From: Amphiscolops sp. MND2022
Taxonomy: Eukaryota
Direction of reading: 5' to 3'
Length of the DNA: 64,000 nt
Assembly: GCA_964187785.1 (NCBI GenBank)
Contig: OZ076413.1
Coordinates: 44,456,001-44,520,000 of the forward strand
Both the position numbers and the translations under genes were made by a program. Of the stretch, positions 1-12,140 are shown one piece after another. Below the pieces are notes generated by a model. It did no database searches. It was not told the DNA's origin and saw nothing but the letters and a program-made list of their open reading frames with translations. The first letter of the stretch is position 1; the number at the start of each line of letters is the position of its first letter.

Positions 1-1034
1 TGTATGAGATATTCTTGAGGCACAATAAGTGGACGTGAAGTATTGTTGTATGGAAGCAAACAGAAATATTGTTTTATAGGGTCATAGTTTCGAAGGTAGC
101 CTGTTATACAGGAGTGGTCCAGAGTGTACATATTTGTCATTGTGAACGGTGATGTATATTTGTAATTGACAAAAATATGATTTTCGTGTATTGTAGGAAT
201 TTAGTATATGTCTGATGATGAGTAGCATTTTGTGCTATAGAGAGAAAAGATGGATCAGATTCATCTGTTTTGAGATCGTATATAGAAGGTCGAAGAAAAT
301 TGAATTGGAGAGAGAAAATTTTAACTCCATTTTCGAGCCAATATTGGTATGGACCCATTATTTTGGAAGCAATGGATGTGAAGAAGTCTTGATTTTTGTC
401 ATATAAGCGAAATGAATAGTCAGTATGATGCATATATAGAGAAGTTAGCTGTGCTTTGAAGACGAAATCGTCAGAAGAAAGAATTGAGATCAAATGATCA
501 TCGCGATTCGTGCAAAGTGAAATTTTTGAAGGTATTGAAGGAGGATATATTGGTGATGAAAGAAAAATTGGATCTTTCATTATTTCATATCGTTTTTTTG
601 GAGGAGGTGGTGTCGATTGTGTATGATCAGTATCATCTTGTGGAGGAGTAGGTTTTGGATTTTCATTTTCAACTTTTGTGTGTTCCACTGGTTCAAGAAA
701 AGTTGGAAGTGTTTGTTCTGAAGTCTCAATATAGAGAACAGGAGAATCATTTGAAAGAGGTCTAGTTATTAGATCTGTTGGGGTTGCTTGTTCAAGCTGT
801 GTTTGTAGGTCAATTTGTGCTTGTGTCATTGTTTTAAAAACATCAACAATCACAGTGTTATCTATTCCAAGAGGCCTTAGCACTTTAAAGTGAAAGTACT
901 ATAAATTACACTAACGAGTGGATTTGTCAACTTTAGTTGAAGAGTTTTTGAAGACGGTTATTATTAGAGAAGTATTATTGGGCTGAGGAAGATGAACTTC
1001 TGCAAGAGATTCGAGTGGTGGAGGAGTAGCAATT
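1..1034 (-). pseudogene. Additional unknown ORF downstream of env, running off the window
   Basis: 248-aa ORF 137..883 extends upstream in frame through two TAG stops to ~1034 and downstream via frameshifts (YDPIKQYFCLLPYNNTSRPLIVPQEYLI); same base skew as the element. Confidence 0.6.
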
Positions 1035-1092
1035 GTGAAGAGATAGTAGGCAAGTGTACTGAAAGAGAGTTACAGAAAAACTGAGAGAGTGT

Positions 1093-1790
1093 TCAAGAAG
1101 ATGGAGGAGGAAAAGGGTAGTTTATCCGCGAATAAATTTTAATTGGTGTATCCGTAGTAGAAGTGACAGGGTTGTTAATTAAAGTGTCATGTTGTGTAGT
1201 TAGATTGTCATTCGAGTGAAAGTTTTTATGAGTATAATTAGGATGTTGAACAGGAGAGAAAGGAAGTGGAGTCGTTTTATGGTGAGAATTGTGGTGTCGT
1301 TTCGGAAAGAAGTTAAATTTAGGAAATTGAATTTTGTTAGATCGTTTAGTGTAGAAAGGTGGAGGGGAAGTAACATCGGTAGAATGGTTAATTAAATTTG
1401 GAGAAGTGTCAATAAAATTATCTAAGGATTTGGATTTTAAAAGTGTACTTTTGGGTTTTTTGTTTTGAGTCTCATGGAGGTCACTGACCATTCGTGCTGT
1501 AAGAACATTAAAAAAACCATGTGCTATAGAACTAAGTAAAGTAATATTATTTTTGAGATTATATTTAATAGATATTGTTTTGTACAGTTTTACAATGAGT
1601 GTAAGAGTAGCTTGTACGAAAAGAAATGTAGAAAAGTATATACCACATTGTGTGAGAATGTAACAAGGGTATCCAAAAAGTGCAATAAAAGCATCTGAAA
1701 ACCATGTAGGTGTAAAAAGAGGAGTTAAATTCAAGAGTTTATCATGGAGTCCTATGCGTAATGTATTGTAAGGATTACCAGAATCTTGAG
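1093..1790 (-). pseudogene. env: Env C-terminal part: TM anchor and cytoplasmic tail
   Basis: Frame open from ~1790 (PQDSGNPYNTLRIG...); hydrophobic FIALFGYPCYILTQCGIYFSTFLFVQATLTLIV, then a P/S/T-rich tail. Out of frame with the ectodomain, probably through an internal deletion. Confidence 0.75.
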
Positions 1791-3372
1791 GGGTACATTA
1801 AGGTATCTTTAAAATGTATGGGTATACGGTCAAAGCATCTATCTGCTTTGTATAAAGGAGATAAAAAATGAGGACAGTCATAAAGCCAGGCGGTTGAGCC
1901 TTTAACGTATAAGAAGTTACTTCTATTACCGGTTAAAAGGAAACCAGCAAGTTGAGGGTTTTGTACTGACATTGCGAGTATTGTAAGGAGTTGATTTCGT
2001 TCTAGTTCACATATTGTATGAAGAGTATTTAGTTCTTGTACTGTCATTGATCGGAAGACATGATTAATAGTATAATCGATTTTGGTGTTTATATGTGCAT
2101 CATAATCAATGGTAGCAAAATTGTTTGATACATTTAATGCAGGAAATACAAATTTGTTATTTGAAGTGTCCAATACTATTTTACCAGAAATATATTCATC
2201 AATCATGGAATGAGGATTAGGTTGTCCTGTATGCATATTGAAACCATCAGTGTATGTAACAAAAAGGTCTGAATATTGTGTAGAATAAAGAAGGTCTGGT
2301 TTACCACAGAAGGTTTGTGCTGTAGGAAAAACTTCAAATCTTGAAAGACTTGGATTATTTGGGTGTTGTGTATGAGGAGCATAAACATAGGGGTGTTCTG
2401 TACCTTTTATGCCAGAAGCTGTTTTAGATTTTATTGGATGTGGAGAATGTACAAAAGAGTCTGTTTCAATCCAATATCTATCTTCAATTTTAGTCATACA
2501 ACCAATAGAGTCTTGTAGGGTAAAAATTAGACAATAATCATCATTAAACCAAACAAGAGTGAAAGGAGTTTTTGTAGTGGGTTTACAGAAGCCATCTGCA
2601 AAGTAGCAGGGTAATGTATGTCCATCAATTATCATGTCATTTGATGTGTCATCATATGTAAGTTCTACTTCAGAAACTTCTAGTCGCCAACTAACTAAGT
2701 TGACTTCGAATTGATGATGAGCAGGACAGTTATGGTAAGGGTTTTTTGTAGGGTCATATATCCAGTTTTTATCAGCAGGCATAAATGTAAATGTACCTGT
2801 ATACATTTTGTTCAGTTGATATACAGTGAAAGGAGTTTGATATTGTTCTAAACGTTCTTGAAAATAATGGTCTTCTAAGAGTGTAAAGGTTTTGTTGTAT
2901 TGAAGGTTATTCAGTATTTTATCATTTGTACCATTTAAATGTCGTATAATGTTTTTACATTCTGCTGGATCAAGAGTAACAGGGAGCTGTAATGTATTAT
3001 GATTCCATACGGTTCTATCAACACGACGGTATTTTACGGAACCTTGAAAGCATATTTTTCTTTCTTTTTTTGCATAAGCAACACATTTAAAAGCTTTGAT
3101 GCGTTTAGCTTTTGCTCGGACATATACACGGGCTTTAACACTTGCATGTTTAATGTCGGAAGGAGCTTCAGTGCATTGTTTTACATTGAGTAAATTAAAT
3201 TGTCTCAGATTGTGTTGTTTTGCACAGTCATAATGAGAAACCATGAGATTTGTAATATTCGGGTCATCCGATGGAAGATAGTTGTCAGTGTCAGAGGGTG
3301 TTATGGGCATGGAAAAGGTAGAGTTAAATAAATGTAAATAATTAGAGTTGTTATGTAAAAGGTTGTATAGGG
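1775..3372 (-). pseudogene. env: Env-like glycoprotein ectodomain, chuvirus-G/class III fusion-like
   Basis: SHYDC..LRQFNLLNVKQC, FKC...KICFQG, LDPAECK, ICELERNQLLTILAMSVQNPQLAGFLLTG...GSTAWLYDC, CFDRIPI; several NxS/T sequons; lies 3' of IN. Confidence 0.8.
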
Positions 3373-3373
3373 T

Positions 3374-4652
3374 TTAAAAAGATGTTGTATATTTAAGACC
3401 GGAGTATGGGTTACAGAAGACAATATTGCCATATGTGATAGTGGGTATATTAAGATCGCGTTCAAATTCAATATGTACTACTTCAAAAGGAGCAGGAGAG
3501 GTTTTATGTTCTATCTTAGAAACGTGAAATATTGGGTGTGGATTTAATCCTTGAAATTTAACTTTGACTTCAAATTTAAGTTCTAGATTTGATGTCTGAA
3601 GGCGTTTTAGTTCTGTTTCTTTGCGTTTGTGAGATAAGAGGTCGTTATTGTTAATAAAACGTTCTGCAAGAATTGGAAATCGGGGATCGTTTTGTGGGTC
3701 GTAGATGGTTATACCATCGACTCTAAGTGGATAGTCAGCAAAATTTGGAGTTGGAGGTCTAGAGTGTTCTGCAGTATAGTATTCGGGCAGTCTAATATGT
3801 GCAGGAACAGGAGTAGGGATTACTACTTGTGAAAAGAGATCTCCTGATAGAAATGCAGTCTGTGGGTTAGATGAGAGTAATGAAGCGGTTTCAAAACCAG
3901 AAGTAAAATAAGGAGATTGAAAGAGTTCTGAAGATGGTGTGTCAGAGGACAATGGTTGAGCGTGTTGTCGTACAAGTCGTAATGCAGAATTGCTAGAAAG
4001 AGTCGAAAAATTGAGTGTTGAAGTGTCTGTACTAAGTCTACGTGAAGAAAGGTCACGAAGATTATATCTATGTTTAGGTACAAAAAGTGAGCTTGTGTCT
4101 TGTGATGGAGCGTAGTCTGAAGTATTATTGTCTAAGAGATTCGAGAGTGATGTAGAGGGTTTTCGAAGAGGTTTTAATGGTGGATAAAGTTTTGAAGGAG
4201 TAGTGCTAAGTTCTGAAGGTAATTTTAGTGGAGGTAGCTTTGTATATTCAGAATCAGGGATTTGTACAAGATTAAGTTGAGGTTGGAGTCTCACAGTTTT
4301 GATAGCTGTAGGATGTTTGTATGTTACGTATTGTTCAACACTTTCAGGGTTTGGTATGTGTATAATAGGAGTGTTAATAGGAGTTTGTTGGGGACGAGTG
4401 TTTATAGGAATTTCAGTTATTGGTGGTCTGTGAAGAAGTGAGGAAGAGGTAGTTTCAGAGATGTATGATCTTGGTCTTTTAGAAGGAGTAGTAGGAGTTA
4501 CATTACTAGAGTTTGTAGTGCTAGATACTGAAGGTTCAGGTGGGGAAGGAATACTTGGAGCTGATGGAGATATATCAGAGGGAGGATCCAGGGTTGTTGA
4601 AATGTTTTCAACAGGTTATCTTTGAGATAACTTGTTACGGGTTATATTTCAT
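3374..4652 (-). pseudogene. Pro/Ser-rich N-terminal extension of the env-like ORF (unknown function)
   Basis: 306-aa ORF plus an upstream frameshifted segment (PVENISTTLDPPSDISPSAPSIPSPP); joins the glycoprotein frame across T-run indels at ~3311-3378. Confidence 0.6.
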
Positions 4653-4709
4653 TCAACCGGAGTGACTAGTTTTGAGTGAGCCAACAGATAGAATGACTAG
4701 ATTACAGTT

Positions 4710-7155
4710 GTGAAGGTGTAATAAAAAGTCTATAATCTAATTTGGGTTATTGTCGTAGTTTATAGGTAGTTTTTGTGGTTCTGTCAATTAGAGGAGGAAG
4801 TGAAGTGGTTTGGTTATTAGATGAGTGTCTTGATCTGTCACTAGAGATAATAGTATGAGGGGTATTAATTATATGTCTATATAAGGAGTTGTCATTGGTT
4901 GAGGGAGTCAAAGAATTGTCATTGGATGTTATAGATGAAGTATTCTGATTGGATGTACTAAATGATGATGGTGTTACAAATGTTTGGGAATCTTCTTCAG
5001 ACAACGATTCGTCTGAGTTAAAAGGAGAAGAATCACTGTTTGCATATTTGGTAGGTTGTGGAATTTGAAATTGAGTTGTGTCTGAAAAGCGCATAAAACT
5101 ACGCAGGTGTGGATATACGAGTGGTTCTTTTGGATAATATGGAATTAAATGATTTCTGTGGACGTGTACTGTAGAGCCATCTTGTGCAAGTAGTGCATAT
5201 GTGACGTCTGATAATCTGTCAAGAATTTTATATGGTCCAATCCGAAGGGGTTTTAGTTTGTCAGAAAAGTGAACGTGGGTAAAATTGCGTTTTAAAACAA
5301 AGGTACCAATAGGAAGGGGTTTACCTTCATGGTAAGTTTTTGTAATATATGCGTGTGAATTGATTTTTCTTAGAGTGTTTTCGTATACTGTAGAATAAAT
5401 TTGTAACATAGCAGTTTCTACAGCGAGAAACCAATGTGGAATGGGTTTTGAAAGTGTTTTATAGAAAAATGGGTTTAAATCGGATTTATCATAATGGGAG
5501 TGTGCTGGAAGTTGAGAGCAATATCGGGAAATACAGGTTTTAGAGGTGTCTCGGTTAAGGTTCAAATCAAATGTAAGGGGTATTCTGGGTCGAGTGTGGA
5601 AAACAATTTCGTGAGGTGAAATGTTGAGCTCTGAAAGTGGTTGTGAATTATGTGCATAAGCGTACATATGGACTTGGAATGCCCAATCTTTAGGTGTGTC
5701 ATGTAAGAACATCCGTAAATGGGTACCAAGATTTCTATTTTGTACTTCAACAAGGCCGTTTGTCCAAGGAGAATAAGCTGTTCGAGGAGAATGACGAATT
5801 CCCATAAGTGTGCAAAGGTGTGCCATTTCTTTATTAACATATTCTGATCCACGATCAGTGACAAGATATATGGGTGGTGCAAATTTAATAATCCAATGGT
5901 GTAGGAGAATTTTGATAGCAGTCTTTGCGTTGTTTGATTTGATGGGTACTGTAACAACAAAGTGACTAAAAGCGTCAATTATCACGTGTATATAGGATTT
6001 GTTGTGAGAAGGAGGATTATTAGGTCCTTTAGTGTCCATTGAAATTCGATAGTTGAAAGATAGAGCATGTTCTGAAAAAGATTGTGTGGGAGCAGTTTGG
6101 ATTTTCATATTAAAGTGTTTGTTTCGTTGACATTCAATACAATCATGTGTAAAAATGGAAAGCCATTTTTCAAGGAATGGGATATAGTAATATTGTTTGA
6201 ATGTATTGTAGGAGATTTTCATACCAGTATGAGAGTGTTCATGGAGTTTGTTAAAGACAGTTTTAAACAGTCGGAAAGGTAGGCATATACGAATAGTGTC
6301 TTGTACAAAATTTGGAGTAGAGGATTGGTTAATAACAGTGGGGTTTGTAATATATAGACTAATAAGATTTGTGGATTCGTCAATGAAAAGTTGTGAAAAT
6401 CTTTTGTAATATACATGTAGAAATGGAGTACCAGTGATAAGAGATGTTACAAATTCGGGTTTTTCATTATTTAAAAACCAAGAAAAAACAGTTCTAAGAA
6501 CCGGATCTTGAGATTGTTGTTGTTGAAGAGTTTTTATGTCTAATGAGTAATAATCGGGAAGGAAGAAACCTTGAAAATAGTTTTTGTACTTAAAAAATGA
6601 TGTATCATAAAAAGGTACGATTTGTTGACAGTGTGTGAGAGATGGTAAATTTGGTTGTACATTTATTGCAGAAACTGATTTTTGTGAGGTATTGTGAGTT
6701 GGTTGTTTAAGAGTAGATTAATTTTCTGTTTGTAATGTTGTGTCTTGTAAGAAGGAAGAGTCAGATTTTGGAATTCTAGTGTAAATATGATCGTCGTCAT
6801 CACTTGTAACGTCAGTATCATTAAGTAAGAGAGATTGTTGATGAAAGGTTTTGTTGTTCTTTTTGGTAGGTGTCTTGAACTTAGTTTGAAAAGGAGTTAT
6901 GGATTTGAATGAGAAGGATTGTAACGGTTTGACAACAATGTCATTTCCTTTATCATTGATACGAATAGAGAATTGAACTAAACCATAATCAGCAAGAATT
7001 GGATGAGAGTCATGTTTTTGATGAGGTAAAATTTCTTCATGTTTTATTAAGTAATGTACAGGTTTAAGAGTGTTATCTTGTAAAAGTGCAAAATCGATTT
7101 GTGGTGGGAGGTGTTTATGTTTTAATTGGTTTAGTTGTAATTCAGCTTTTGTGAA
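4710..7155 (-). pseudogene. pol: RH-IN spacer and integrase (HHCC, DDE core, GPY/F module)
   Basis: LHEHSHTG...CIEC zinc finger; ISMDTKGP, VTDRGSEY, NGLVEVQNR; IGPYKIL...VHRNHLIPY. The tail YKLRQ*PKLDYRLF contains a premature stop. Confidence 0.95.
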
Positions 7156-8510
7156 TCAGCGACTCAACATATCGGCAACAGAGAGATTTTTTCCAGGAGT
7201 GTGAATTATTTTGAGTTTTGAAAATTTTGTCAGTTGCATTTGAGCTCTATAGAAACGAGGACTGAGATTACCTTTCTTTGTAAGACAATGTAATAAAGGT
7301 TTGTGGTCAGTAAAAATGTGTATTGGATGGGGGGAACCTATGATGAGAAATTCATAGATTTGAAGTGCGTGTACTATACCAAGAAGTTCTCTATCAAGTG
7401 TGGAGAGTTTTTGTTCTTGTGGATTAAGTATACGAGAGTTGTATGATATGATTTTCATTTTGTTTTGTTCATTTAATTGGAATAAGACAGCGCCTAATCC
7501 GATAAGGGAAGCGTCAACTGTAATAAAAAATGGATGTTTTGTGTTTGGTATTGTTAATTCTGTTTCAGAAGTGAGAGACATTTTAAGTTTTTGGAAAAGA
7601 CTTTCGTGTTCGTCTGTCCATTTCCAAGGAGTGTTCTCATGTAAAAGATCGTAAAATGGTTTGAGGTTAATATGTAGTTTTTCAAAAAATTTGGTGTAAA
7701 AATTGAGTGCGCCAATGAAACCCATTAGAGCAACTTTGCCAGTTGGAGAAGGGATCTTATGAATAGCTGCAATTTTTGAATGAATTGGTTTAATTGTATT
7801 GTAACCAATTTCATGTCCAAGGAATTTGACTTTGAGAAGCATGAAAAAGGATTTTTCAGGGGCTAGTTTAAGATTGTTTTTTGTACTAATAATGTGCAAT
7901 TGTTCTATGAATTGAAACATGTGTTCTTTAGAATCAGATAAAAGTAATATATCGTCAATGTAGACAAGAGCGAAACCTTGTTCTATAAGAGTTTTAAAGA
8001 AAGTAGACATTTGTTTTGTAAAGAAGTTTGGTAGTCCTTTGAGACCATAAAAGCCTCGGATAAAAGCGAAAAGTTTGTCTCCGGAGGAGAAACTAGTAAG
8101 TTTTATAGTTTCTTCGTCAAGAGGTGTATGTGCATAGGCATACATAAGGTCAATAGCGGATTTGTACTTTTTATTTGCGCGTGCTAGTTGTGGAGCAAGA
8201 GGTTCAATAGGCCAAGATTCATCAGATTGTTCTGTATTGGAGTTAAGATGTCGAGCGTCTAATACACATTTTATTGTATCTCCCTTGGGGATTATAATAA
8301 GAGGATTTAAATAAGTTGTGCCATAAACGGGTTTGTCTTGAGGAGAAGAACCAATTTGTTTGATAATGTTATATTTTTCGAGTTCTTTGAGAAGTACGTT
8401 AAGTTTGTCTCGGTAGTGAATAGGGACTTTGAAAGGACGTTGTGTCATAATTTGAGCATTTGGTTTAAGTCTTATACGAAAGGGTGTTGAAATTTTTCCA
8501 ACATCGTTTT
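7156..8510 (-). pseudogene. pol: Reverse transcriptase and RNase H
   Basis: LDARHLN, YGLKGLP, LVYIDDILL, VKFLGH; RNase H TVDASLIGLGAVL, DRELLGI, FTDHKPL, VADMLSR, followed by a premature TGA. Confidence 0.97.
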
Positions 8511-9950
8511 TATGAGTTGCATAACATTTGGAAGTCAGAAAATTGGAAGTTAAGTTTATTAATGAATTTTAAATTTTCAGAAGTGTATGGTAGGGAAGGA
8601 AAAATGCGTTTTTCAGAAGTGTGAGAAGTAGGTTGAACGTTATATAAAGGAGAAGTTTGATTTGGAATATCGTTATTTGTCATATAAATTTGATGTAGAG
8701 AGAATTGAGGAGGAGGGGTTGTAGGATCATCATATTGTACAATATAGTTGGTCTGTGGAAGTGGTTCAGTAATATCAGGATGATAAGTATGGGTAACGTT
8801 ATGTATTAAAGTATTAATGTCGTTAACTTGGAAGAATTTAGGTTTTTCATTAGTAATTGGAACTTCAATGTATCCAATATGTCCAGTAGGTAGGGTTGCA
8901 ATATGTTTTGAAGTGTTCTGAATAATAGTTGCACAAATATCTGGTTTGTCATCGGTAAATACTTCAATAAAATTGAAATTTGTACGGAATTTGGTAGCAA
9001 AATAGGTATGAGGTACTGAAGGAAAGAAGTGGTTTTGTGGTGTGGTTGTAAAATGAAGATTATGATAATTTTTTATTGGGAAGTGTGCGATTTTTGAAGA
9101 CTTGGGTTTGAGACGTATCTGAGTTTTTGAGTTAATTCTATAAATGTAAGAGAAATATGGATAATCTTTAGATAGGAGTGTTGTGAATTTTGTATAAATT
9201 GGGTGTGTTTTTGATTGGTATTTAAATTCGAGTGTAAGGTCTTGTATGTTTATGTTTTGTATATTGTCTTCAAAGAATGGTGTGCCAAGGATGTTGTATT
9301 TGATATCAACTACTGCGAAGGGTACTGAAAAGTAACGAGAGTTTTCATCAATAGTGGTGTTTAAGATTATATTTGCATAGTGTAAAATAGGAACTTCAGT
9401 TTGGTTTGCAACGGTTAATGTTTTGGAATTTCGAGTTGGTCCAACATCAGAGGTGTGATTTGATCTAATATCTAGGAGTTTTGTAAGAGTTATGTATGTT
9501 GGGTAATTGAGTACAGAAATGGAAGCACCGCTATCTAGGAGGAATGCAATTTCTAATTTAGATGGGTTGTCTCTTTGTACTATACTTGATGGGGTGTGTA
9601 CATATAGAGTATAAAACCAACTTGTAGGTGTGACAGCATTTGCCATTGCTGTTGGGTGATACATGTGTACTTCAAATTTGATAGGGTCAGTTTGGTCTTG
9701 TTGTTGTATCATATTGATTTTATTTCTGGAATTTGAGTGTGAGCGAGATCTAGAAAATCTAGAGTCTCTTGGTCTTGAAGGTGGTCTATATGAATTTGTG
9801 TACTTTGTGAATTTGTTATCTCTTGAATAGGAGCGTGATCTGTATCTAGGACGAGAGTTTTGTCTATATGGGGATCTATAAGAAGATCTGTAAGGAGAAC
9901 GATAAGATCGAGAATCACGTTTGTATGTATCATATCTTGATCTGGAGTAG
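8510..9950 (-). pseudogene. pol: RS-rich linker, aspartic protease and PR-RT spacer
   Basis: FLLDSGASISVL catalytic motif and downstream ILGTPFF motif. The frame is open upstream as YSRSRYDTYKRDSRSYRSPYRSSYRSPY. A small deletion at ~8530 breaks the frame before RT. Confidence 0.9.
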
Positions 9951-12123
9951 TAGTACTTTTGTCATAATGAAATCTGTCTCTATCTCGAGATGTAGAACGG
10001 TATCGGTTTTGTGAATATTTTTGGTTATAAGAGTTGTCTCGTGAAGTACTTCGACTTCGGTATCGATTTTCATAGTGTTTTGTTCTGTCATTGGAAGGAG
10101 AACGAAAGTACTGAACGAATGATTTTTGTGGAGATTTTGATCGAGCATATGCTTCTCGTTTATCTTCATCATCTCGTTGTTTTTCGAAACAAGCAGAAAT
10201 GGAGTGATTTGTTCTATGACAGTATGAGCAATATTTTTTATATGCAGGTTTATTTTTGTTATATGGGTCTTTGGGTTGTGTATACATAAGTTGTTCTTGA
10301 GATGGGTGATCTAGAGTTTGAGTGTTCAATTGTTTTGTAATATTATTGATTTCAAGTGCAAGATCGTGTGTTCTGATTTTGTCGTTTGCAATATCTTCAG
10401 CGTCAACAAGTTTTACTAAGGTATGAAAAGGAATTGAAGGTTCTAAGACTGTGGAGGTGTGTTTTACTTGTCTTTTATTTGCGAAATCTTTAAGGTTTTT
10501 TGGAAGTCCTTTTGTAAAGATTTCATTACATTTAAGGTTTATAGTAGATGCATTCTCATTACACCAGCCTTTTTCAACCAGTTGTTGAACTTTGAGTGCA
10601 AAATGACGTACTGTTTCATTGTCTTTCTTTGTTAAATTAAGGGCTTCAACTTGAGCATAGTAAGCGTTCTTTTGTGAAGAAAATTGTTTTTTGAAAGCTT
10701 GTACAAAAGCGTGCCAATCATGTTTATAAGTGTCGTTTAAACGGATGTACCAGCTTAGTGCTGTGCCTGTTAGAGAGCATTGTATAAAAGCCATGCGACG
10801 GGCGTGCCAAAATTTATATTCATGTTCCGATGTAGGTTGTAAACCTAAGGAAAATGTAATACGTGCCTCAATATGTTGTAAATATTCTTCAGGTGTATAG
10901 TTGTGATCAAGTCCATCAAAAGGTTTAATGGGTTCTGATATAGAAGTAGAAGAATTAATATATGTTGGGTGTGACATAGTGTTATGAGACACAGTAGATG
11001 GAGGTGTTGTATTGTATGTGGGGTTATTGGAAATACTAGGTAAAGAAGTAGTTGAAGTACTATGAAAGTGAGGGTTAGTTCTAATTGTTGTCGAAGGAGG
11101 ATTTGGTACATGAAATTGAGAAGTTTGTAATGTAGGAGTGATTGTATTGGATGTATGTTGAGAAGAAAGAGTATTTAATTGGTTGGATGTATTGTAATTT
11201 ATCTGAGATTGTTGTGTATGACTTGGATTAGTACTGGTGAGACTGTATGATAATGGATTAGTTAATATAGGTTGTAATGGAGGTCGAGAAAGATGTCTTG
11301 CAGTGGTATAATCTGTAGATGGGTTAGAATGGATGGTGTTAATGTTTAAGGTAGTTTGTGTATTTTGTACCGAATTGGTTTGAGCTGGAGTATAATTCGA
11401 AGTTTGTATTTCAGAAGATAATGGTGGAGTTGGTGTTTGAAAATGTACTATATTATTGTTTTGTGCAATGTAGGGTGTATTTGATGAGCTTTGTTGAGGA
11501 ATGTCATGGGTTTTTATCTGAGTTGAGAATTGGGGTGGAACAGAAGGTGGATTGTAATTTCGAGGAAATATTATTTGTGTCTGAGAGGGTTGTGTAATGT
11601 TAGTATTAGATGTAGATAAAATAGAGGTATTGTCTGGATTTGTATTTGAAGTGTTGTCTTGATTTTGGTTTGTAAATTCATTTTGTGTGATATTGTGGGT
11701 AGGAACTAGTATAAGATTTGAATCATCGGTTATTGTAAAACTTCGTGTATTTTGTACTGTTTCTTCAGAAAGTTCTGATGTATTGTGAATTGTATTTGTT
11801 TCAGAAGGATTTGGTTGTTGCATATATGAGATTTGTGATAATGGTGGGTATGATAGTTGTTCTTGAGGAAGATCAGGATTTTGAAAAAGATTAGTAAGAG
11901 CTTCTTGTTCTGGGGATTCTTGTTCTGATTGTTCTGATTGTTGTCTTGTATATGAAGGTTCAACACTAGAGGTTTGTTCTTCAGGAGTTGTTTCATGAGA
12001 AGTATCAGGTGTAGTAAAAGGTCTGTTGTCTGATGTTTCAGAATGTTCAAGTACAAAGTTGTGATCTAAGGTTATTTGTTCAAAATGTGTAACATTTAGT
12101 GAAGTAAGATCTCGGTAATGCAA
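9709..12123 (-). pseudogene. gag: Gag (Q/S/T/P-rich region, capsid-like domain, CCHC knuckle)
   Basis: IKPFDG...LTGTALSWY...W..F...F capsid pattern; CSYCHRTNHSISAC fits CX2CX4HX4C; frameshift at ~9950 into the RS-rich linker. Confidence 0.9.
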
Positions 12124-12140
12124 ATGTTTGTTTTCATTTT

